This document shows positions 24,074 to 37,972 of a DNA stretch of 64,000 nt, in pieces; within the stretch, counting starts at the first letter, position 1; every line of letters starts with the position of its first letter. The position numbers and the translations under genes are program-made. The stretch is taken from contig OZ024766.1 of assembly GCA_964016885.1 (NCBI GenBank), positions 19,964,001 to 20,028,000 on the forward strand. The letters run 5' to 3'. The stretch is from Eledone cirrhosa. Lineage: Eukaryota. The notes beneath the pieces were generated by a model, which made no database searches, was not told the origin of the DNA, and saw only the letters and a list, made by a program, of their open reading frames with translations.

Positions 24074-25528
24074 ATGGAAACTAAATTGAGTGAGAAGAAG
24101 ATGAAATGTGAAACATTGTCTAAAGATATGGCTATTCCAGAAGAGATGTCAAAGTCTAGAGGAGAGAAACCATATCACTGTGATGTCTGTGGTAAATCAT
24201 TGTCTGTTAGTAGTACCTTAACTACCCACAAACGTATACATACTGGAGACAAGCCATACCACTGCGATATCTGTGGTAAATCATTCTCTCAAAGTAATCA
24301 CTTAACTTGCCACAAACGTATACATACAGGAGACAAGCCATATCACTGTGATATCTGTGGTAAATCATTCTCTCAAAGTAATACCTTAACTAACCACAAA
24401 CGTATACATACAGGAGACAAGCTATATCACTGTGATATCTGTGGTAAATCATTCTCTGATAGTAGTGCCTTAACTAGCCACAAACGTATACATACAGGAG
24501 ACAAGCCATATCACTGTGATATCTGTGGTAAATCATTCTCTGTAAGTAGTGCCTTAACTAGCCACAAACGTGTACATACACGCAACAAGCCATACCACTG
24601 TGATGTCTGTGGTAAATCATTCTCTGTAAGTAATGCCTTAACTAGCCACAAACGTATACATACAGGAGACAAGCCATATCACTGTGATATCTGTGGTAAA
24701 TCATTCTCTGTTAGTAGTAACTTAACTAGCCACAAACGTATACATACAGGAGACACGCCATACCACTGTGATATCTGTGGTAAATCATGCTCTGTAATTA
24801 GTAACTTAACTAGCCACAAACGTATACATACAGGAGACACGCCATATCACTGTGATATCTGTGGTAAATCATTCTCTCAAAGTAGTACCTTAACTAACCA
24901 CAAACGTATACATACAGGAGACAAGCCATATCACTGTGATATCTGTGGTAAATCATTCTCTGATAGGAGTGCCTTAACTAGCCACAAACGTATACATACA
25001 GGAGACAAGCCATATCACTGTGATATCTGTGGTAAATCATTCTCTCGAAGTAGTGACTTAACTAGCCACAAACGTGTACATACACGCAACAAGCCATACC
25101 ACTGTGATGTCTGTGGTAAATCATTCTCTGTAAGTAATGCCTTAACTAGGCACAAACGTATACATACAGGAGACAAGCCATATCACTGTGATATCTGTGG
25201 TAAATCATTCTCTGTAAGTTGTAGCTTAACTAGACACAAACGTACCCATACAGGAGCCAAGCCATACCACTGTGATATCTGTGGTAAATCATTCTCTGTA
25301 AGTAATGCCTTAACTAGCCACAAACGTATACATACAGGAGACAAGCCATACCACTGCGACATCTGTGGTAAATCATTCTCTGTAAATGGTAACTTAACTA
25401 GCCACAAACGTATACATACAGGAGACAAGCCATACCACTGCGACATCTGTGGTAAATCATTCTCTCAAAGTAGTCACTTAACTAGCCACAAACGTATACA
25501 TACAGGAGACACAGCCATACCACTGTGA
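24074..25528 (+). CDS. Poly-C2H2 zinc-finger protein, copy 4 (16 fingers, frameshift-truncated)
   Basis: 484-aa ORF closely related to copy 2, with the same 1-bp insertion at ~25512. Confidence 0.88.
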   Translation: METKLSEKKMKCETLSKDMAIPEEMSKSRGEKPYHCDVCGKSLSVSSTLTTHKRIHTGDKPYHCDICGKSFSQSNHLTCHKRIHTGDKPYHCDICGKSFSQSNTLTNHKRIHTGDKLYHCDICGKSFSDSSALTSHKRIHTGDKPYHCDICGKSFSVSSALTSHKRVHTRNKPYHCDVCGKSFSVSNALTSHKRIHTGDKPYHCDICGKSFSVSSNLTSHKRIHTGDTPYHCDICGKSCSVISNLTSHKRIHTGDTPYHCDICGKSFSQSSTLTNHKRIHTGDKPYHCDICGKSFSDRSALTSHKRIHTGDKPYHCDICGKSFSRSSDLTSHKRVHTRNKPYHCDVCGKSFSVSNALTRHKRIHTGDKPYHCDICGKSFSVSCSLTRHKRTHTGAKPYHCDICGKSFSVSNALTSHKRIHTGDKPYHCDICGKSFSVNGNLTSHKRIHTGDKPYHCDICGKSFSQSSHLTSHKRIHTGDTAIPL

Positions 25529-26024
25529 TATCTGTGGTAAATTATTCTCTCAAAGTAGTACCGTAACTAGCCACAAACGTATACATACAGGAGACAATCC
25601 ATATCATTGTGATTTCTGTGGTAAATCATTCTCTGTTAGTAGTAACTTAACTACACACAGATGTATACATACAGAAGACAAGCCATACCACTGTGATATC
25701 TGTGATAAATCCTTCTCTGATAGTAATCGCTTAACTATACACAAACGTATACATACAGGAGACAAGCCATACCACTGTGATATTTGTGGTAAATCATTCT
25801 CTGTAAGTAGTTACTTAACTAAACACTTACGTACCCATACAGGAGACAAGCCATACCAATGTGATATCTGTGGTAAATCATTCTCTGATAGTAGTACCTT
25901 AACTAAACACTTACGTACCCATACAGGAGACAAGCCATACCATTGCGATATCTGAGGTAAATCATTCTCTGTATCAAGTAGTTTAACTAGACACAAATAT
26001 ACCCATATGGGTGAGAACCCATAA
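25515..26024 (+). pseudogene. Five intact fingers plus one TGA finger, out of frame behind the copy 4 frameshift
   Basis: Matches 10550-11059; TGA at 25953-25955. Confidence 0.85.
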
Positions 26025-26884
26025 CGAAAAAAATATCTCGTCTGAAAATGGTGAATTAAACACAAATACATTCATATGAGAAGCCATGCCACTGTGCTAT
26101 TCTCTTTCATTGCTGCATTAACTTCATGCAAACATATATATACTTGAGAAAAGCCATATCACTAATATTTGTGGAAAATTGTTATCAATGATAGCTTGTT
26201 CAACTAGACACTAACATATACAGGAGAGGAACCATATCACTGTAATGTCTGCAGTAAATCATTGTCTAAATGTTGTGGCTTCACTACACACTAACATTTA
26301 CAGGAGAGGAACTATATCACTGTGATGTCTGTGGTAAATCATTGTCTAAATGTTGTGGCTTCACTAGACACTAACATTTACAGGAGAGGAACTATATCAC
26401 TGTGATGTCTGGTAAATCCTTCTCTAAATATTGTGGGTTCAAAACACACTAACATATACAGGAGAGGAACTATATCACTGTGATGTCTGTGGTAAATCAT
26501 TTTCTTGTAAATATTACTTAATGCAACACAATCAGACAAGATAAAAACCATATCACTCACCCAAAATAGTGCCACCAATGTTAATATTTTGAATAAAACT
26601 GTTTTACTAAGAAATTCTTCTCCTTTCATTTTATTTGTAGAAGTTGTAACCAAGACCTGTGCTGACAAATCTGTATCGTTCAGAATTTACATACGCTATA
26701 TATATGTGAATGTATGTGTGTAGAAGTTTGTGTCCCCTTTTGTTTGTTGCATATGTAGTGGATAAATGTATTCTTTTGTGTATGAATGATAAAAAGAATA
26801 ATGCCAGAATTGTGATGTTGACAATGTTTATTTTACAATAACAATATTAACTTGTTGCTACATTGAATATCAAGTAATAAAAAT

Positions 26885-27517
26885 TGTGACAGGAATTATC
26901 ACTACATCAATTTGCTGACTAGCTACTTCGAGCTAGCGTGTATGTATGTAGCAATACAACGATACACGAGAAGTGATTCAACAGGAAGATGAAAGAATAG
27001 ATAAAACCCAAAAGTAAACAGTATAATGAAACCTATTGAGTGTGTGTGTATCCTTAGTATTTGTTATTCCTCTCAAGGACTGGTGCTTCGGTCTCTCTTG
27101 TTTGGTGGCGTAGTCTGTGGCCAAGAAGGTGAGAGCCAGTAAGGCCAGGAGAGAGAGATAGAGTAAAAGGTCAGTAGAAGTCTGTAGACCCCAAGAGGTC
27201 TGTAGAATGTGAATGTTTCATATCGTTATTCTCTTAAGGACTACTGCTTCGTGGTCTGGCTGCTGGATTCCCTTTGTACTTGTATTTATAATAACCCTAT
27301 AGCTAGATGTGTATACAGGGTTGATTTATGAGTAGCCATGTGAGTTTCAGCTATCTTGAAGCTGGGGTCACAGGTCAAGTGGCATGTATGTTCATCATTG
27401 TTGTCTCTTGACAGGACAATGGTGGGAAACTCGCAACGATAGGTGGTCCCAGATGCAAGAACTTTTAGATTCGGTTTCGAATCTTTGCCAGGTAATTTAT
27501 AGGAGAATTCCGTTACA
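26885..27517 (-). mobile_element. Solo-LTR-like element, unit 4
   Basis: Copy of 4546-5178. Confidence 0.6.
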
Positions 27518-27911
27518 CATCTATTAATGACATAGATGGCAACTTAAAGAGTGTCACAGTACTGAAATATGCAGATGAAACCAAGCTGTCCCTTGAGATA
27601 AAAAGGACAGATCCTGAACACTATAGATCTGGACACAATGCAGCAATGGACCACGGACTGGCAACTCAAGCTGGCTGTGTACAAGTGTACGACCATGCAT
27701 TTATCTATCTATTTAAAGCTGTAAATAGCTATGGTGCGGCCACACTTAGACATTGCATCACCAGTCTGGAAGCCCTGTCTTGCTCAGAACATTGATCTGG
27801 AAATTGTTTAGAGACGTGCAACCAAGTGAATACGCTCCATCAACCATCTACCATACTCTGAATGCCTTGCCTCCCTGGGTATGGATACATTGAAGGTCCG
27901 ACGTCTGGAAC
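27518..27911 (+). mobile_element. CR1-type LINE RT fragment, unit 4
   Basis: Copy of 5179-5575. Confidence 0.82.
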
Positions 27912-28356
27912 TTGCTACTTATTGCACCTGAGCATCAGCCACATATAAAATCTACGTTCTTAGATAGCTGGCCTGTGTTCCCAGTACGTCTGTTATGTAC
28001 CCATAGTTTGTATTTGGGACATAAAATGGAATTTCTACCTACTCCTTTCCTACACACTGAACATGGCCATTTCCCAGAGGGCACCTGTGCCCTATTTTCC
28101 TTCCTACATACTAGAACTTTAGTCTTAGACAAGTTAACTCTAAGGCCTTTTGATTCTAGGCCATGCTTCCATGTTTGGAATTTCTTATCTAGTTCAGCTG
28201 TTAGATAATCTGTGTATAGAAGTTCCCATGGGCAGCCAGTCTTAAACTCCTCTGTTTTAGCCTGAAGGGCAATAATAAATAGGAGGGGGCTAAGGACTGA
28301 GCCTTGATGAACACCAACTTTTATGCTAAATTCTTCACTGTATTCATTGCTAATTC
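27912..28356 (-). mobile_element. RTE-type LINE RT fragment, unit 4
   Basis: Same motifs; YTDY. Confidence 0.88.
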
Positions 28357-28516
28357 TATATATATACACGTATTTATGTGTATATATATATATAATTACT
28401 ACACCACATTCTTCGCCTAAGTATAATTTGTAATGTTATTTACAAAACTAGGAATAAAATAATTCTTAAGATATTCACTGCGAACCTGTACTCTCTCTAT
28501 ATCTTTTTTGGACCTG

Positions 28517-28547
<31 letters not shown>

Positions 28548-28676
28548 CGTATATATTTTTTTATCTATTTCACATTTGTGCTATTTGTAATGTTATGTAT
28601 ACAACCAGGAATAAAATGATTCTTCCCCTAATCCTTACCATTCACTGCGAGACTGTACTTGCTGTTCGGCCCTGGG

Positions 28677-28733
<57 letters not shown>

Positions 28734-29368
28734 CTACAGCACATTATTCGTATCAGTATAATTTGTAATGTTATTTATACAACCAGGAATAAAATAATTC
28801 TTACTCTAAACCTTACCATTCACTGCGAGACACTACTGTCTTTACTTCCTGTTCCTGCCCCACCTACTTTCGTTCATTCATTAATTTACTTCAAACTCAA
28901 TCAATTCCTGTCTCTTTCTTCTATATTTTATATTTTCAAGGTATTTCAACAATTTTTATCTGTTTTACGTTTCTTTCATTAATTTATTCCGTTTTATATT
29001 TAAAATATTTCTGACTAATTTTTCCCGTATTTTCTGTCTAAATATTTATATACTTTATATATATAAAGTATATATATATAAAGTATATATAAATATGTAT
29101 ATATATATATATGTCTATATATATATGTATTCATGTATATATGCATATATATATGTGTATATGTATTGTATATATACATTATACATACTAGACAAGATAA
29201 TACACCTACACATCTGATATAAGAATACGGATAGGCTATGTAGCCGGTAAAACCAAAAGGGGTGAAACACATTGCTATAGTGTTTCACCAGCTCTTCCTC
29301 AATCATTCATAGATGTGAGTGTATATAAAAATTATTTTGTATAATGTATCTTTTTATAAATATATATG

Positions 29369-29825
29369 AGTAGATGTGTGTATAACTATGTACATGTGTA
29401 TATAACGCAGTAGATGTGTGTATAACTCAGTAGATGTGTGTAACTCAGTAGATGTGTGTATAACTCAGTAGATGTGTGTATAACTCAGATGTGTGTAACT
29501 CAGTAGATGTGTGTATAACTCAGTAGATGTGTGTATAACTCTGTAGATGTGTGTGTAACTCAGTAGATGTGTGTATAACTCAGTAGATGTGTGTATAACT
29601 CAGTAGATGTGTGTAACTCAGTAGATGTGTATAACTCTGTAGATGTGTGTAACTCAGTAGATGTGTGTATAACTCTGTAGATGTGTGTGTAACTCAGTAG
29701 ATGTGTGTATAACTCTGTAGATGTGTGTGTAACTCAAATAATTGTCCCCCACCCTCACTTTCGTCTCAAATAATCGTTCCCCACCCTCACTTAGGTCTCA
29801 AATAATTTTCCCCCACCCTCACTCA
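29369..29825. repeat. Compound minisatellite, unit 5 (32-mer x3)
   Basis: As unit 1. Confidence 0.95.
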
Positions 29826-30010
29826 TTTAATTTTCAGATTTTTTACACCACCACCCCACTCTTGATTCACCCCACCCATTTAAAATAAATAGGATGGGTT
29901 GTGGTCTCATTATGTAAACTAAATGACTAATTCTGGTTTTCTATCTCTGGTGAAATTTATATGTATATATATATATGTATAGATATATAAATATCTATGC
30001 ATATGTATAT

Positions 30011-30283
30011 CATCATCATCATCATCATTATCACCGTTTTACGTCCGTTCTTCCACGCTAGCAAGGGTTAGACGGGTTGTCCTGTTGTGGGCAGTGTCTG
30101 GTCGGCTGACCATGCCATGCTCATACAGGAACTCATTTGGCTTGATTTCTACAGCTGGATGCCCTTCCTAACACCAACCTCATTTACAGTGAGTGCTGGG
30201 TGCTTTTTCGTGGCGCCTACACGTCCACTTTACAGTGTGGGCTGGGTGCTTTTTTGCCGTGGCACCTCCACGACCACCTTGCG
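30011..30283 (-). mobile_element. SINE-like element, unit 5
   Basis: Copy of 1086-1358. Confidence 0.7.
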
Positions 30284-31337
30284 GTATATATATATAAATA
30301 TTTATACATATGTATATATATATGTATATATATGAGCTCTTAAGACCAGTAAAATAACCTCTCTAGTGCCACAAACAATACACCCAGTCCTTGCTGTAAA
30401 GTGGTTGATGAGAGGAAAGGCATCCTAACAGCAAAGAAAAAAAATAGCGCTAAAATTATGGAAAACCCTACGAATAAAAATTTCTACTAATTGTGTCTAC
30501 AAGCCTAACACAAGTCATGTTAACGGGGTGCCTAGTGTAGACTTGTGTGAGAATCCTTTGACTGTTATCAAGCAGTTATAACACAGCACTTATCAAGTGC
30601 TGTTATCAAGCAGCTATAACACAGCACTTTTCCCCTTCCAGGTAGAAAGAACTGTTACTCAAGGAACTGTCAAGTTACACATCTCAGGTCTCAGACAATT
30701 ACCATGTTAGAATGTCATATAAGAATGAAGTTCTTGGGTAAAGGCTATAGGGCAGACCTACCAAGAGTTAGAAGGATTTAGTTTATAGAGCATCGTGGAA
30801 TATCACTGCTTACATTGGAGAGAATAACTCTGGACAGGAAAGTTGATATCTACAGTTTATCAATATAGAAATATAAAATTTCCAATGTTAAATCTATCTC
30901 TGTTTCTAAAGTATTCTCTATTATCTCATACTGTTTCTTTCTTATTTCAGAATATCAGATGACATTGGGATAAAATTAGATTTTAATCTTGAATACGTCC
31001 CCTCTATTTATCATCATTTCAAGAATAAAGGTTTTGATACGGAACTCATATAACACTGTTTATATAAATCTACGGCAGAATTAGTGTGAAATATTTCCTC
31101 AGAACTGTGTGTCTTGGAAACATTCTTGGAAAAGTATTGTTTCATCACCATCTGAAATATTTACAAGATGATTTTGAATCTTAACTAAACTTGGATCAGA
31201 AAGAAGTTTGCATCATCTTCAGATCTTGACTGAGATCACCGTTGCCGGAAATATAGCAAAAGAAATATCTTCAGGAATATAATATATAAAATAAGACAAG
31301 AATAACATCTGTAAATTCTGCCAAGGGAAGAAGAAAC

Positions 31338-32894
31338 ATGGAAACTAAATTGAGTGAAAAGAAGATTAAATGTGAAACATTGTCTAGAGATATGGCTATT
31401 CCAGCAGAGATGCCAAAGTCTAGAGGAGAGAAACCATATCACTGTGATGTCTGTGGTAAATCATTCTCTAAAAGTGGTCAGTTAATTCCACACAAACGTA
31501 CGCATACAGGAGACAAGCCATACCACTGCGATATCTGTGGTAAATCATTCTCTCAAAGTAGTCACTTAACTAGCCACAAACGTATGCATTCAGGAGACAA
31601 ACCATACCACTGTGGTATCTGTGGTAAATCATTCTCTGATAGTGGTACCTTAACTAGACACAAACGTATCCATACAGGAGAGAAGCCATACCACTGCGAT
31701 ATCTGTGGTAAATCTTTCTCTGAAAGTGGTTCCTTAACTTCACACTTACGTACCCATACAGGAGACAAGAGATACCAGTGTGATATCTGTGGTAAATCAT
31801 TGTCTCAAAGTAGTAACTTAACTAAACACAAACGTATACATACAGGAGAAAAGCCATACCACTGTGATATCTGTGGTAAATCATTCTCCGTAAGTAATAG
31901 CTTAACTAAACACTTACATACCCATACCCATACAGGAGACAAGCCATACCACTGTGATATCTGTGGTAAATCATTCTGTCATAGTAGTGATTTACCTAGA
32001 CACAAACGTATACATACAGGAGACAAGCCATACCACTGTGATATCTGTGGTAAATCATTCTCTCGAAGTAGTCACTTAACTTGCCACAAACGTATACATA
32101 CAGGAGACAAGCCATACCACTGTGATATCTGTGGTAAATCATTCTCTGATAGTAGTACCTTAACTAGACACAAACGTATACATACAGGAGACAGGCCATA
32201 CCACTGTGATATCTGTGGTAAATCATTCTCTGCAAGTGGTTCCTTAACTTCACACTTACGTACCCATACTGGAGACAAGCCATACCACTGTGATATCTGT
32301 GGTAAGTCATTCTCTCGAAGTAGTCACTTAACTTGCCACAAAAGTATACATACAGGAGACAAGCCGTACCACTGTGATATCTGTGGTAAATCATTCTCCG
32401 TAAGTAATAGCTTAACTAAACACTTACATACCCATACCCATAGTGGAGACAAGCCATACCACTGCGATATCTGTGGTAAATCATTCTCTCAAAGTAGCAA
32501 CTTAACTAGACACATACGTATACATACAGGAGACAAGCCATACCACTGTGAGATCTGTGGTAAATCATTCTCTGATAGTAGTACCTTAACTGTACACAAA
32601 TATACCCATACAGGAGACAAGCCATACCACTGTGATATCTGTGGTAAATCATTCTTTATAAGTAGTCAATTAACTATACACAAACGTATACATACAGGAG
32701 ACAAGCCATACCACTGTGATATCTGTGGTAAATCATTCTCTCAAAGTAGCAACTTAACTTGCCACAAACGTATACATACAGGAGACAAGCCATACCACTG
32801 TGATATCTGTGGTAAATCATTCTCTGTAAGTAGTACCTTAACTAAACACTTACGTACCCATACAGGAGACAAGCCATACCACTGCGATATCTGA
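31338..32894 (+). CDS. Poly-C2H2 zinc-finger protein, copy 5 (17 fingers)
   Basis: 518-aa ORF with two HTHTH-lengthened fingers. Ends at TGA in Cys2 of finger 18. Confidence 0.9.
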   Translation: METKLSEKKIKCETLSRDMAIPAEMPKSRGEKPYHCDVCGKSFSKSGQLIPHKRTHTGDKPYHCDICGKSFSQSSHLTSHKRMHSGDKPYHCGICGKSFSDSGTLTRHKRIHTGEKPYHCDICGKSFSESGSLTSHLRTHTGDKRYQCDICGKSLSQSSNLTKHKRIHTGEKPYHCDICGKSFSVSNSLTKHLHTHTHTGDKPYHCDICGKSFCHSSDLPRHKRIHTGDKPYHCDICGKSFSRSSHLTCHKRIHTGDKPYHCDICGKSFSDSSTLTRHKRIHTGDRPYHCDICGKSFSASGSLTSHLRTHTGDKPYHCDICGKSFSRSSHLTCHKSIHTGDKPYHCDICGKSFSVSNSLTKHLHTHTHSGDKPYHCDICGKSFSQSSNLTRHIRIHTGDKPYHCEICGKSFSDSSTLTVHKYTHTGDKPYHCDICGKSFFISSQLTIHKRIHTGDKPYHCDICGKSFSQSSNLTCHKRIHTGDKPYHCDICGKSFSVSSTLTKHLRTHTGDKPYHCDI

Positions 32895-33119
32895 GGTAAA
32901 TCATTCTCTGTATCAAGTAGTTTAACTAGACACAAATATACCCATATGGGTGAGAACCCATAACGAAAAAAATATCTCGTCTGAAAATGGTGAATTAAAC
33001 ACAAATACATTCATATGAGAAGCCATGCCACTGTGGTATTCTCTTTCATTGCTGCATTAACTTCATGCAAACATATATATACTGGAGAAAAGCCATATCA
33101 CGGTAATATTTGTGGTTAA

Positions 33120-33236
<117 letters not shown>

Positions 33237-33832
33237 TAACATTTACAGGAGAGGAACTATATCACTGTGATGTCTGCAGTAAATAATTCTCTAAATGTTG
33301 TGGCTTCACTAGACACTAACATTTACAGGAGAGGAACTATATCACTGTGATGTCTGCAGTAAATCATTCTCTAAATGTTGTGGCTTCACTAGACACTAAC
33401 ATATACAGGAGAGGAACCATATCACTGTGATGTCTGTGGTAAATCTATTTTCTTGTAAATATTACTTAATGCAACACAATCAGACAAGATAAAAACCATA
33501 TCACTCACCCAAAATAGTGCCACCAATGTTAATATTTTGAATAAAACTGTTTTACTAAGAAATTCTTCTCCTTTCATTTTATTTGTAGAAGTTGTAACCA
33601 AGACTTGTGCTGACAAATCTGTATCGTTCAGAATTTACATACGCTATATATATGTGAATGTATGTGTGTAGAAATATGTGTCCCCTTTTATTTGTTGCAT
33701 ATGTAGTGGATAAATGTATTCTTTTGTGTATGAATGATAAAAAGAATAATGCCAGAATTGTGATGTTGACAATGTTTATTTTACAATAACAATATTCACT
33801 TGTTGCTACATTGAATATCAAGTAATAAAAAT

Positions 33833-34475
33833 TGTGACAGGAATTATCACTACATCAATTTGCTGACTAGCTACTTCGAGCTAGCGTGTATGTTGGTATC
33901 AATACAACGATACACGAGAAGTGATTCAACAGGAAGACAAAAGAATAGATAAAACCCAGAAGTAAACAGTATAATGAAACCTATTGAGTGTGTGTGTATC
34001 CTTAGTATTTGTTATTCCTCTCAAGGACTGCTGCTTTGGTCTCTATTGTTTGGTGGCGTAGTCTGTGGCCAAGAAGGTGAGAGCCAGTAAGGCCAGGAGA
34101 GAGAGATAGAGTAAAAGGCCTGTAGACGTCAGTAGAAGTCTGTAGACCCCAAGAGGTCTGTAGAATGTGAATGTTTCACATCATTATTCTCTTAAGGACT
34201 ACTGCTTCGTGGTCTGGCTGCTGGATTCCCTTTGTACTTGTATTTATAATAACCCTTTAGCTAGATGTGTATACAGGGTTGATTTATGAGTAGCCATGTG
34301 AGTTTCAGCTATCTTGAAGCTGGGGTCACAGGTCAAGTGGCATGTATGTTCATCATTGTTGTCTCTTGACAGGACAATGGTGGGAAACTCGCAACGATAG
34401 GTGGTCCCAGATGCGAGAACTTTTAGATTCGGTTTCGAATCTTCACCAGGTTATTTATAGGAGAATTCCGTTACA
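33833..34475 (-). mobile_element. Solo-LTR-like element, unit 5 (+10 bp)
   Basis: Copy of 4546-5178 with a CCTGTAGACG insertion. Confidence 0.6.
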
Positions 34476-34872
34476 CATCTATTAATGACATAGATGGCAA
34501 CTTAAAGAGTGTCACAGTACTGAAATATTCAGATGACACCAAGCTGTCCCTTGAGATAAAAAGGACAGATCCTGAACACTATAGATCTGGACACAATGCA
34601 GCAATGGACCACGGACTGGCAACTCAAGCTGGCTGTGTACAAGTGTACGACCATGCATTTATCTATCTATTTAAAGCTGTAAATAGCTATGGTGCGGCCA
34701 CACTTAGAAATTGCATCACCTGTCTGGAACCCCTATCTTGCTCAGAACATAGACCCCCTGGAAATTGTTTAGAGACGTGCAACCAAGTGAATACCCTGCA
34801 TCAAGCATCTACCATACTCTGAATGCCTTGCTTCCCTGGGTATGGATACATTGAAGGTCCGACGTCTGGAAC
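34476..34872 (+). mobile_element. CR1-type LINE RT fragment, unit 5
   Basis: Copy of 5179-5575. Confidence 0.82.
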
Positions 34873-35315
34873 TTGCTACTTATTGCACCTGAGCATCAGC
34901 CACATATAAAATCTACGTTCTTAGATAGCTGGCCTGTGTTCCCAGTACGTCTGTTATGTACCCATAGTTTGTATTGGACATAAAATGGAATTTCTACCTA
35001 CTCCTTTCCTACACACTGAACATGGCCATTTCCCAGAGGGCACCTGTGCCCTATTTTCCTTCCTACAAACTAGAACTTTAGTCTTAGACAAGTTAACTTT
35101 ACGGCCTTTTGATTCTAGGCCATGCTTCCATGTTTGGAATTTCTTATCTAGTTCAGCTGTTAGATCATCTGCGTATAGAAGTTCCCATGGGCAGCCAGTC
35201 TTAAACTCCTCTGTTTTAGCCTGAAGGGCAATAATAAATAGGAGGGGGCTAAGGACAGAGCCTTGATGAACACCAACTTTTATACTAAATTCTTCACTGT
35301 ATTCATTGGTAATTC
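34873..35315 (-). mobile_element. RTE-type LINE RT fragment, unit 5
   Basis: Nucleotide copy with a small deletion. Confidence 0.85.
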
Positions 35316-35346
<31 letters not shown>

Positions 35347-35554
35347 TTGTGTATATATATATACACATATTTATGTGTATGTATATATATATATATACAC
35401 ATATTTATGTGTATACATATATATATTTACTACACCACATTCTTCGCCTAAGTATAATTTGTAATGTTATTTACAAAAATAGGAATAAAATAATTATTGA
35501 GATATTCACTGCGAACCTGTACTTTCTCTATGTCTTTTTCGGACCTGGTGTGTG

Positions 35555-35585
<31 letters not shown>

Positions 35586-36385
35586 ATATAAAATATATAT
35601 ATATATATATACGTATTTATTTTTTTATCTATTTCACATTTGTGCTATTTGTAATGTTATGTATACAACCAGGAATAAAATAATTCTTCCCCTAACCCTT
35701 ACCATTCACTGCGAGACTGTACTTGCTGTTCGGCTCTTTGATAAATATATATACTACAGCATATTATTCGTCTAAGTATAATTTGTAATGTTATTTATAC
35801 AACCAGGAATAAAATAATTCTTACCCTAAACCTTACCATTCACTGCGAGACTCTACTGTCTTTACTTCCTGTTCCTGCCCCACCTACTTTCGTTCATTCA
35901 TTAATTTACTTCAAACTCAATCAATTCCTGCCTCTTTCTTCTATATTTTATATTTTCAAGGTATTTCAACAATTTTTATCTGTTTTACGTTTCTTTCATT
36001 AATTTATTCCGTTTTATATTTAAAATATTTCTGACTAATTTTTCCCGTATTTTCTGTCTAAATATTTATATACTTTATATATATAAAGTATATATATATA
36101 TATATATGTATAAAGTATAAATATATGTGTATATATATATGTATTCATGTATATATGCATATATATATATGTATATGTACTGTATATATACATACATACA
36201 TACTAGACAAGATAATACACCTTCACATCTGATATAAGAATACGGATAGGCTATGTAGCCGGTAAAACCAAAAGGGGTGAAACACATATTGCTATAGTAT
36301 TTCACCAGCTCTTCCTCAATCATTCATAGATGTGAGTGTATATAATAATTATTTTGTATAATGTATCTTTTTATAAATATATATG

Positions 36386-36767
36386 AGTAGATGTGTGTAT
36401 AACTCAGTAGATGTGTGTATAACTCAGTAGATGTGTGTAACTCTGTAGATGTGTGTGTAACTCAGTAGATGTGTGTATAACTCAGTAGATGTGTGTATAA
36501 CTCAGTAGATGTGTGTAACTCAGTAGATGTGTATAACTCAGTAGATGTGTGTAAGTCAGTAGATGTGTGTATAACTCAGTAGATGTGTGTATAACTCTGG
36601 AGATGTGTGTGTAACTCAGTAGATGTGTGTGTAACTCAGTAGATGTGTGTGTAACTCTGTAGATGTGTGTGTAACTCAAATAATTGTCCCCCACCTACAC
36701 TTTCGTCTCAAATAATTGTCCCCTACCCTCGCTTAGGTCTCAAATAATTTTCCCCCACCCTCACTCA
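36386..36767. repeat. Compound minisatellite, unit 6 (32-mer x3)
   Basis: As unit 1. Confidence 0.95.
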
Positions 36768-37972
36768 TTTAATTTTCAGATTTTTTACACCACCACCCCA
36801 CTCTTAATTCACCCCACCCATTTAAAATAAATAGGATGGGTTGTGGTCTCATTGTGTAAACTAAATGACTTATTCTGGTTTTCTATCTCTGGTGAAATTT
36901 ATATGTATATATATATATGTATAGATATATAAATATCTATACATATGTATATATATATAAATATTTATACATATGTATATATATATGTATGTATATATAT
37001 ATGTATATATATGAGCTCTTAAGACCAGTAAAATAACCGCTCTAGTGCCACAAACAATACACCCAGTCCTTGCTGTAAAGTGGTTGATGAGAGGAAAGGC
37101 ATCCAAACAGAAAAAAAAAAAAATAGCGCTAAAATTATGTAATCCCTACGAATATAAATTCCCACTAATTGTGTCTACAAGCCTAACACAAGTCATGTTA
37201 ACGGGGTGCCTAGTGTAGCCTTGTGTGAGAATCCTTTGACTGTTATCAAGCAATTACACAGCACTTTTCCCCTTCCAGGTAGAAAGAACTGTTACTCAAG
37301 GAACTGTCAAGTTACACATCTCAGGTCTCAGACAATTACCATGTTAGAATGTCATATAAGAATGAAGTTCTTGGGTAAAGGCTATAGAGCAGACCTCCCA
37401 AGAGTTAGAAGGATATAGTTTATAGAGCATCGTGGAATATCACTGCTTACATTGGAGAGAATAACTCTGGACAGGATAGTTGATATCTGGTTTATCAATA
37501 TAGAAATATAACATTTCCACTGTTAAATCTATCTCTGTTTCTAAAGTATTCTCTATTATCTCATACTGTTTCTTTCTTATTTCAGAATATCAGATGACAT
37601 TAGGATAAAATTATTTTTTAATCTTGAATACATCCCCTCTATTTATCATCATTTCAAGACTAAAGGTTTTGATACGGAACTCATATAACACTGTTTATAT
37701 AAATCTATGGCAGAATTAGTGTGAAATATTTCCTCAGAACTGTGCGTCTTGGAAAAATTCTTGGAAAAGTATTGTTTCATCAGCATCTGAAATATTTACA
37801 AGGTGATTTTGAATCTTAACTAAACTTGGATCAGAAAGAAGTTTGCATCATCTTCAGATCTTGACTGAGATCACCGTTGCCGGAAATATAGCAGAAGAAA
37901 TATCTTCAGGAATATAATATATAAAATAAGACAAGAATAACATCTGTAAATTCTGCCAAGGGAAGAAGAAAC

